A stretch of DNA of 45,148 bases, taken from NCBI GenBank assembly GCA_038889075.1, contig JAWAHS010000012.1, forward strand, positions 1-45,148, written 5' to 3'. The translations under genes were made by a program, and so were the position numbers. The notes beneath the pieces were generated by a model. That model was not told the origin of the DNA, made no database searches, and was given only the letters and a program-made list of their open reading frames with translations. Each line of letters begins with the position of its first letter. The stretch's first letter is position 1. Below are positions 38,633 to 45,148 of the stretch, in pieces. This DNA comes from Ignisphaera sp. Its GTDB lineage: Archaea > Thermoproteota > Thermoprotei_A > Sulfolobales > Ignisphaeraceae.

Positions 38633-39727
38633 ATGGAATCAGCGATACTCATAGTTAAGACAGACTCCATGGACAATATTGAGGAGGTTGTAGCCCTCGT
38701 AAAGGAGGCTGGATTATATCCAAAGGAGATTGTAAGTGTAAGGAAAGTTGATAATGCATGTTTTTTAACACCTGGTAAGATAAGCAGGCTGAAGCATCTT
38801 ATAGAAAGCAATTCGATTAAGAAAATATGCATCTATGCTGAGCTGAAGCCCAGACAGGTAACTTGTTTAGTTAAAGAATTGAAAGTAGATGTGATTGACA
38901 AGGTAATGCTAATTCTAACAATATTCCAACAGCATGCAGGATCTAAGGAGGCTCTACTACAGATTGAAATGGCTAGATTGAGGCACGAACTACCCCTTAT
39001 CCGTGATTGGATTCGAAGAGTTAAAATGGGAGAGCTACCCGGCTTCCTAAGCATGGGACGCTATGCTGTGGATGTCTACTATAAACACATCAAGCGGCGT
39101 ATAGCTAGAATAAGTAGGGAGCTTGAGAATCTTAGAACTCGAAGGTCTATAGAACATGAGAAGAGGAAATCTGCAGGATATGTACACATAGCAATAGTGG
39201 GCTATACAAATGCTGGAAAGACAACACTATTCAATGCACTTACAAATCTAAATAAGCCAACCGGAAATGAGATGTTTACAACACTATCAGCTAAATCATA
39301 CGCTATTAGGCTATGCAATACGACATTCGTCCTTATAGATACAATAGGATTTGTAAGAGATATACCAATCGGCATTATAGAGTCGTTTAGAGCTGTCCTA
39401 GAGGAGATAAGCAACGCGGATATGATTTTCCTCGTCATTGATGGTAGTAAAGGTTTAGAAAAACTCCTTACAGAAATAGATACCTCATTGAATATTTTAA
39501 AGGATGTTGGCGCTTTAGGTAAACCTGTATTCGTTATAATAAACAAGATAGACCTCTTAGATGCCGTTAGCATAGATGAGTATAGGAGGACTGTGGAGGA
39601 TTACATCAAGAAACATATAGTTTCACTAATTGATGTGATACCTCTATCAGCTTTAAAGAAGATAAATATAGATACTGTTAAGGATAGCCTATGTCGCTAT
39701 GTCCAGAAGAACGCGACATACAGTTAG
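38633..39727 (+). CDS. hflX: GTPase HflX
   Basis: ILTIFQQHAGSKEALLQIEMA, GYTNAGKT, FTTL, DTIGF, NKID. Confidence 0.95.
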   Translation: MESAILIVKTDSMDNIEEVVALVKEAGLYPKEIVSVRKVDNACFLTPGKISRLKHLIESNSIKKICIYAELKPRQVTCLVKELKVDVIDKVMLILTIFQQHAGSKEALLQIEMARLRHELPLIRDWIRRVKMGELPGFLSMGRYAVDVYYKHIKRRIARISRELENLRTRRSIEHEKRKSAGYVHIAIVGYTNAGKTTLFNALTNLNKPTGNEMFTTLSAKSYAIRLCNTTFVLIDTIGFVRDIPIGIIESFRAVLEEISNADMIFLVIDGSKGLEKLLTEIDTSLNILKDVGALGKPVFVIINKIDLLDAVSIDEYRRTVEDYIKKHIVSLIDVIPLSALKKINIDTVKDSLCRYVQKNATYS

Positions 39728-40269
39728 CATTAGATAGAAATGTACATGTACTCAGACTTGGACATAGACCCGGTAGAGATCGTAGAATTACAACACATGT
39801 CGCACTGGTAGCTAGAGCCTTTGGAGCAAAAACCCTCTTTTTAGCGGATGTCAGCGATCCAGCGATCGTTAGAAGTATTACTAAGGTCATCAATAGATGG
39901 GGCGGTAGCCACTTTCGAATACTCGATAATGTCAATCCACTCAACGTAGTGAAGGAGTTTAGAGAAAAGGGAGCTTGCATAGTGCATCTGACTATGTATG
40001 GGCTGCCTATTGCTAAGATCATAGATGAGGTTAGGAGTAGGTGTTGGGAGATACTTGTTATAGTTGGTGCTGAAAAGGTCGAGAGAGTTTTCTATGAGCT
40101 CTCAGACTATAACATAGCTATAGGAAATCAGCCACATTCAGAGGTTTCAGCACTGGCGATTTTTCTTGATAGGCTTTGGAAAGGGATTGAACTCGAGCTA
40201 TGCTTCCATGATGCAAAATACTATATTATACCCTCTGCAAAAAGTAAAGTGGTGAGAAAAGTTGAGTGA
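39691..40269 (+). CDS. trm56: tRNA (cytidine(56)-2'-O)-methyltransferase
   Basis: VLRLGHRPGRDRRITTHVALVARAFGA, VHLTMYG, GAEKV, GNQPHSEVSALAIFLD. Confidence 0.95.
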   Translation: MSLCPEERDIQLALDRNVHVLRLGHRPGRDRRITTHVALVARAFGAKTLFLADVSDPAIVRSITKVINRWGGSHFRILDNVNPLNVVKEFREKGACIVHLTMYGLPIAKIIDEVRSRCWEILVIVGAEKVERVFYELSDYNIAIGNQPHSEVSALAIFLDRLWKGIELELCFHDAKYYIIPSAKSKVVRKVE

Positions 40270-40762
40270 GAATATCATACTAAAGATTATAGAAGTGTTG
40301 GCTGGAGAGAATGGTAAGAAGATAGTTGAGATACTATTGAATTCTCAGGGTGGAAAGAGTGATGAGGAGTTGGCACAGGAGCTGAATGTAAGGGTAAATG
40401 ATGTTAGAAAGCTACTCTATGAATTGTCTAAACAAGGTTTTGTAGCCTATACCAGGATGACCAAAGGTGATAGTAGGTGGTATAGCTACTACTGGTATAC
40501 TGACATGGATATGTTGAAACAGAGCATTAATAGGAGAATGAACGAGATTAGAAGAGTTTTAAATGAGCGTCTAGCCTATGAGGAATCGCAGACCTTCTAT
40601 ATGTGTCCAAATGATCTATCCAGATACACATTTGATGAAGCATTTGAAAACAATTTCAGATGTATACACTGTGGCTCTGAGTTAATAGAAATCGATAACT
40701 CTAGAACGGTACAGTACCTTAAGAGACTGATTGAAGCACTTTCACTAATCCATAGAGCATAG
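40262..40762 (+). CDS. tfe: Transcription factor E alpha
   Basis: Winged helix (SDEELA…VRKLLYEL…WYSYYW) plus zinc ribbon FYMCPND…FDEAFENNFRCIHCG. Confidence 0.93.
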   Translation: MSENIILKIIEVLAGENGKKIVEILLNSQGGKSDEELAQELNVRVNDVRKLLYELSKQGFVAYTRMTKGDSRWYSYYWYTDMDMLKQSINRRMNEIRRVLNERLAYEESQTFYMCPNDLSRYTFDEAFENNFRCIHCGSELIEIDNSRTVQYLKRLIEALSLIHRA

Positions 40763-40773
40763 ATGGAGGTTGT

Positions 40774-41730
40774 ATGGGGAAGCTTACAGTAGTAGATCTC
40801 TTTAGTGGTGGTGGGGGATTTGCAAGAGGGTTTAAGAAAGCTGGTTTCAATATAGTCCTAGCAGATGACAATGATGAGGCGTGTGGTGAGACATATAAAC
40901 TGAACTTTCCTGAAGCTATGGTTCTTGTTGAGGATATACGCGATGTGAGTGGAAGGGATATCAAGTATCTACTCGGGTTTCAACCAGATATAATCATCGG
41001 GAGCCCACCATGCGAGCCATTTACAGGTGCGAATCCGAATAGAGAGCCGAATCCCCTTGACCGTCTGTATAGAGATGCCTTAGGCATCCTAACGCTAGAG
41101 TTCATAAGAATTGTTGGTGAGGTTAGACCGAGAATATTTGTAATGGAGAATGTACCTCCATTAGCCGAGGGTCCTTTAAGGAACGTTATAAGAAGAGAAT
41201 TTGAATATGTAGGGTATAGCAGGGTGTTTTTCAACATTCTAAGGGCCGAGAATTTCGGTACTCCAAGTAGAAGGACAAGGCTATTCATTTCAAATGTTGT
41301 AATAGAACCTACACCATCTAGTAGATACATAACCGTTGAGGAAGCTCTTAGAGATCTACCTCCTCCAGAAAACTCGTACATACCTAACCATGAGGCTACT
41401 CCATTGAGTGAGAGGAGGCTGAAGAAAATTGCTAGGGTTAGAGTAGGTAAAGCTATGTATTATTACCAGGGGGCCTCCAAAAAATTACCAAATTTCATAA
41501 GGCTTGACCCCAGCGATATTGCACCAACTGTATTAGGTTCATCGAGATTTATACACCCATATGAGGATAGACTCCTTACTGTAAGGGAGCAGGCTAGGTT
41601 AATGGGTTATCCAGATGACCATGTATTTGTAGGTGGTAGGGATCAGCAGTATAATCAAGTTGGTGAATCCGTTCCCCCGCCACTTTCATACGCAATAGCA
41701 AGCCATATCCTTAAAATATATCTGCTCTAG
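40774..41730 (+). CDS. C5 cytosine methyltransferase (Dcm-like), orphan
   Basis: Motif I DLFSGGGG, IV GSPPCEPF, VI MENV, VIII SRRTR, IX LTVREQARLMGYP, X QVGESV. Confidence 0.92.
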   Translation: MGKLTVVDLFSGGGGFARGFKKAGFNIVLADDNDEACGETYKLNFPEAMVLVEDIRDVSGRDIKYLLGFQPDIIIGSPPCEPFTGANPNREPNPLDRLYRDALGILTLEFIRIVGEVRPRIFVMENVPPLAEGPLRNVIRREFEYVGYSRVFFNILRAENFGTPSRRTRLFISNVVIEPTPSSRYITVEEALRDLPPPENSYIPNHEATPLSERRLKKIARVRVGKAMYYYQGASKKLPNFIRLDPSDIAPTVLGSSRFIHPYEDRLLTVREQARLMGYPDDHVFVGGRDQQYNQVGESVPPPLSYAIASHILKIYLL

Positions 41731-41741
41731 GTGGATAGGTA

Positions 41742-42263
41742 GTGATAGAGGGTTGTAGTGAATTGAAGGTGTATCTAGTAGCATATGCTCCCACGAGTCC
41801 TCAGAGGCTAGTTGATCTAGCGAAGGTTGCATATTCAATTAATATTGTTAAAGGCTTTGTAGTTATAAAACCTATTGGTGTAGCTGCACAGGTAGGTGTA
41901 CCAGAGGCTTTTAGAATTGCCTATAAATTGGGCAAGAGCTTCCTTGTTCTATCCCATATTAATGAATTGAAAGAACTCCTAAATATAGATAACATTGTAT
42001 TTATAGTCCAGAGCTTAAAGGAAGCTGATGATATTAGTAAACTAATGCACAGGATAGAGAATAGCGTTGCAGTAGTAGTTCAGGCAGGTGAGACGCCCTT
42101 TTCAAAGGAGGATCTATCGAATGGCTATATAGCTAGGGTAGAGGAATTCGATGACAAACTTTCACCTAACGCTGTAGCAGAGGCCACAGCCTCTCTACTT
42201 AAGATCTACTCATATTTACAGATGTGTGGAAAACCACATCAAGGTAGTAGTGATATTAATTAA
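41742..42263 (+). CDS. DUF2122 family protein (annotated RecB-family nuclease; SPOUT-like pattern)
   Basis: SPQRLVDLAKVAY…GVAAQVGVPEAFRIAYKLGK matches the recalled family consensus. Confidence 0.75.
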   Translation: MIEGCSELKVYLVAYAPTSPQRLVDLAKVAYSINIVKGFVVIKPIGVAAQVGVPEAFRIAYKLGKSFLVLSHINELKELLNIDNIVFIVQSLKEADDISKLMHRIENSVAVVVQAGETPFSKEDLSNGYIARVEEFDDKLSPNAVAEATASLLKIYSYLQMCGKPHQGSSDIN

Positions 42264-42326
42264 AAATTGGAGATGCATTGAACAAATTCTCAATACAGCA
42301 ATTATTAGCCTCACACAACTGTTTCA

Positions 42327-42615
42327 GGTTTCATATAGGTTTATAAGGGTTGATGGTGGTTGTTTTACTGTTTGAGCCCATCCACGATGTGGGTGTATGG
42401 TAAAGACCCAAGTGGATGAGTACTCAAAGCCAGGATGTGGGGGTTTCCCCACAGCTGTGAACCGGAACCATATGAGGGGGAGCTGTGGGTAGGGGTTTCC
42501 CCGAAGGGGTGGAGACCGATGACATGGGCACCGATGAAAGGTGCCCCAAGGTCGATGAAACCAAGGGTCGAGATCAAACAGCATCAACCAACATGAAACC
42601 CAAACCCCGTCAACC
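42327..42615 (+). ncRNA. Large multi-K-turn structured ncRNA / MITE-like element, copy C
   Basis: Nested inverted repeats GGTTTCAT/ATGAAACC, GGTTGATG/CATCAACC, CTGTTTGA/TCAAACAG; inner stems CATCCAC/GTGGATG and CCCACAGCT/AGCTGTGGG; GATGAA-loop hairpins. Shares GATGTGGGG, AGACCGATG and AAACCCC with copies A/B. Confidence 0.6.
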
Positions 42616-42682
42616 ACTTTCCTATTCACGGTAAAACTAATTATAGTTGCTTAATAAAATGCTGTAATAAGTAGTAAGTATA

Positions 42683-44335
42683 GTGAGGATAGAGATATTG
42701 GATAAGGTAATGGTTATCGATGCTAATGCTAGAGGTAGAGGAAGGAGATTTTCAACACTAGATGTTATAGGTGTTGGTCCACGTCTTATAGTATCTCTAC
42801 TGAAAAGCTATGGTCTATACGCTGATCTGATGCCCTATGAGGTATTTGTTAGAGACCCTAGTATTGCTAAAGAATTCGATGTTCTAGCGATATCCTATAT
42901 GGTGAGCGATGTCGTAGCTGTGAAAAAGGCTATAGAGATTTGGCGTAAGCTTAATAGGGATGGTATTGTTGTTTTGGGTGGTCCAGGTACACTCGATACC
43001 GATACATTAACGGAGCTAGATTTTGATCTAGCCTTTAAGGGAGAGTCCGAGGTCACCCTCGATAATATCTTCAGCAGGTATCGGAGTCTATATGATGTTT
43101 TACATGGTGTTAGGGAGCAGGAAATACAGCCAGGGTTGGTTGTAAAGCTATCTGGTAGAAGGTTAATCGATGGAGGGATAGGATGCTGGGTACCGAGGGA
43201 GTTGATCAACAGAGTGATGCCGGATGTGGATAGTGTTACAAAGTATCCATTCTACTGGGCATCTAGGGTGTATGTAGAGGTTGTTAGAGGTTGCAGTAAC
43301 TTTTATAGACCTGTTTTAGCGGCTGGTGCCTCCTGTCTAGGTTGCAACATATGTAGGTCTGGTAATCTTAGTTCAAGAATTAGATGTCCCATTGGAATAC
43401 CGCCTGGATGTGGATATTGTAGTGTTCCAGCAATACACGGACCAGCACGTTCTCGCGAGATGGATATTATAGTTAGGGAGGTAAAAGCTCTCATAAAAGC
43501 AGGTGTTACAAGGGTTGTTCTTAGTGCTCCTGATTTTCTCGACTATGGTAGAGATTTCCTTGTAGACGATCTACTGACTGATCCGTGCAATCCAAAGCCA
43601 AATGTGGATGCCATTGATAGACTTTTACATAGCCTTACCTCTATTACGGAGGTTGCTGAGGGGGGTGCTACAATCTCTATTGAAAATGTTAAGCCGTGTC
43701 TCGTAACGGAGGAGGTTGCCGAGATTCTTGGTAGATATCTTAAGGATTCGGTGGTATATATTGGTGTTGAGAGCTGCAGTGATAGGCTTTTAAAATCTAT
43801 TGGAAGACCATCGATGTATAGCGAAAGTCTTAAGGCAATAGAACTTCTATCCAAATATGGTCTAAGACCATATGTATATTTAATGCATGGACTTCCATCC
43901 GAGTGTGATGAGGATATAAAGAGCACCCTAGCTTGCATTGACATATTTAGATCCCTTGGTGTGGAAAAAATAGTGTTATATAGGTTTACACCCCTTCCAT
44001 ATACAGCCTTCAGTAGTTCTCCAAGACCAGAGCCAGCTGTATCGAATCCTATTAAGGCCATACTCTATAGAAGTGTTACGAATTTTAATAGGGATCGGAA
44101 GTACGGATTGCTAAATAGGGTTATAGATGTGGTTATAGCTGCTAGGTATAGGGATCCACGCTACCTAGTATCCTATCCTCTGAGGCACGGTCCGGTAGTG
44201 CTCATTAGAGCATCTAAAAACTTCATAGGTACTATAGCAACCATTCGTGTAACAGGTGTTAAAAGCGATAGACTTGTTTATGGTGAGCTCATCTATGTTA
44301 AAAAGAGGTTAAAACCTAGACAGCATATACAATAA
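42683..44335 (+). CDS. Radical SAM protein with N-terminal B12-binding-like and C-terminal TRAM-like domains
   Basis: VVLGGPG, KGESE, VEVVRGC…GCGYC, ARSR, IGVESCSD, YLMHGLP; C-terminal beta-rich domain. Confidence 0.88.
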   Translation: MRIEILDKVMVIDANARGRGRRFSTLDVIGVGPRLIVSLLKSYGLYADLMPYEVFVRDPSIAKEFDVLAISYMVSDVVAVKKAIEIWRKLNRDGIVVLGGPGTLDTDTLTELDFDLAFKGESEVTLDNIFSRYRSLYDVLHGVREQEIQPGLVVKLSGRRLIDGGIGCWVPRELINRVMPDVDSVTKYPFYWASRVYVEVVRGCSNFYRPVLAAGASCLGCNICRSGNLSSRIRCPIGIPPGCGYCSVPAIHGPARSREMDIIVREVKALIKAGVTRVVLSAPDFLDYGRDFLVDDLLTDPCNPKPNVDAIDRLLHSLTSITEVAEGGATISIENVKPCLVTEEVAEILGRYLKDSVVYIGVESCSDRLLKSIGRPSMYSESLKAIELLSKYGLRPYVYLMHGLPSECDEDIKSTLACIDIFRSLGVEKIVLYRFTPLPYTAFSSSPRPEPAVSNPIKAILYRSVTNFNRDRKYGLLNRVIDVVIAARYRDPRYLVSYPLRHGPVVLIRASKNFIGTIATIRVTGVKSDRLVYGELIYVKKRLKPRQHIQ

Positions 44336-44396
44336 AACCTTTTATCCCAAGAATACTCTATCTATATTCTCAGGGGTAGAGCTGAGGTAAACTATA

Positions 44397-44723
44397 GTGG
44401 TAAAGGTATCTCTAATAGAACTTGAAACCTTTGACGACATCATACTACTGCTACATTCAAGAATGTCAGCAGTAAGCATGACATCGTCACTTCTATGTAG
44501 CGAGAAAAGCTGCTTCACCATAGTTACTGTAAGCGATGAACAGATACTCATAATATCGTCACCGCCTCCATCAACAAAATGTAAATTCGCATCAGTCGAT
44601 GACCAGGGAAAGGTAAGGTGCGGAGAACTTCCACCAGTAGGAAGACCTGTAGTATTCATACTGAATGTCAAGGATATAAAGGAGACCGACTCAATACCAA
44701 TTACACTACTGCTACATAAGTAG
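44397..44723 (+). CDS. Conserved crenarchaeal hypothetical protein
   Basis: 108-aa ORF with SD GAGGT and typical codon usage. Confidence 0.65.
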   Translation: MVKVSLIELETFDDIILLLHSRMSAVSMTSSLLCSEKSCFTIVTVSDEQILIISSPPPSTKCKFASVDDQGKVRCGELPPVGRPVVFILNVKDIKETDSIPITLLLHK

Positions 44724-44804
44724 ACCAAAACAATTTTTCATATCAACACCTTATAAAACCAGCTACAAGTATACTGAAAACCAGATCTGGAATTAGAAAC
44801 CTGT

Positions 44805-44892
44805 GCGGGGGTGCCCGAGCCAGGTCAAAGGGGTCGGGCTGAGGACCCGATGGCATAGGCCTGCGTGGGTTCAAATCCCACCCCCCGCACCA
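44805..44892 (+). tRNA. tRNA-Leu (anticodon GAG), CCA encoded
   Basis: GCGGGGGTGCCCGAGCCAGGTCAAAGGGGTCGGG-CTGAGGA-CCCGA…GGTTCAAATCC…CCCCCGCA-CCA; TATA-like TTATAAAA at ~44751. Confidence 0.97.
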
Positions 44893-45148
44893 ACATTTCC
44901 CAATTCTATGACTGTTCCGAACAAGAAGCTCTAATACGTCACATCTATTGACGGTTTTGGACATCTCTTTACATCCAGTTTCAGCACTGAGCTATCTACG
45001 TAGTCTCTTGTACACCTATCCCATGATATGATGTAAAATAAAAGCTTGTATACTGATATTCTATTACTAATCAGCTATGTATTTGAATCGCAACCGCGAT
45101 GCGTTAAATGCTTAAAACATCATGCTCATCGAAATCTATAGATGAATA

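Noticed and set aside
42324-42629. RNase P RNA, SRP RNA, or the minus-strand ORFs 42324..42629 and 42365..42577
   Set aside because: No GAGGAAAGUCC-type P4 signature or SRP helix-8 motif; the ORFs have atypical Pro/His/Trp-rich composition.
3205-44061. Long antisense ORFs (e.g. 3205-4113, 6301-6978, 30416-31036, 36997-37554, 43543-44061)
   Set aside because: Shadow frames opposite clearly identified conserved genes.
44743-44964. Second intN-like fragment antisense to tRNA-Leu(GAG)
   Set aside because: The shared CGGWDLNPRRP is just the antisense tRNA translation; upstream similarity (LELLVR) is too weak.
1-45148. CRISPR array, rRNA, inteins, tRNA introns
   Set aside because: No regularly spaced 24-40 bp repeats, no rRNA sequence, protein lengths leave no room for inteins, and both tRNAs are uninterrupted.

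Overview
A 45 kb window from a hyperthermophilic crenarchaeon. Gene content (Rpo8, SmAP3, split archaeosine TGT/PUA, FBP aldolase/phosphatase, GGTG-type SD sites) fits Desulfurococcales, perhaps Ignisphaera-like; this taxonomy is inferred. It is bounded by two near-identical, divergently oriented tRNA-Leu genes (CAG, GAG). It is mostly housekeeping: Nre, DHPS-like, Hsp20, ZPR1, Sua5, TPI, FBPA/ase, ABCE1, Cgi121, Urm1/SAMP, S17e, thermosome, Rpo8, Lsm, TGT, PAC2, PAN, MBF1, HflX, Trm56, TFE, an orphan C5-methyltransferase and a radical SAM enzyme. It also carries a type IV pilus locus with a large surface protein and a class III ribonucleotide reductase. Signals the ORF track misses: (1) several K-turn-rich structured elements resembling tnpB 3' ends/omegaRNA scaffolds or IS200/IS605 ends, with no tnpB gene in the window; (2) three conserved genes that appear to start at ATA/CTG exactly 6 nt after an SD; (3) tgtA, whose conserved N-terminus is out of frame with its best start codon across a UUU_CGA motif; (4) a 26-aa Glu/Trp micro-ORF upstream of ABCE1; (5) a C/D box sRNA with guides matching 23S rRNA motifs; (6) a probable SSV-type integrase N-terminal relic at tRNA-Leu(CAG). 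All family assignments come from motif recognition; no searches were run.
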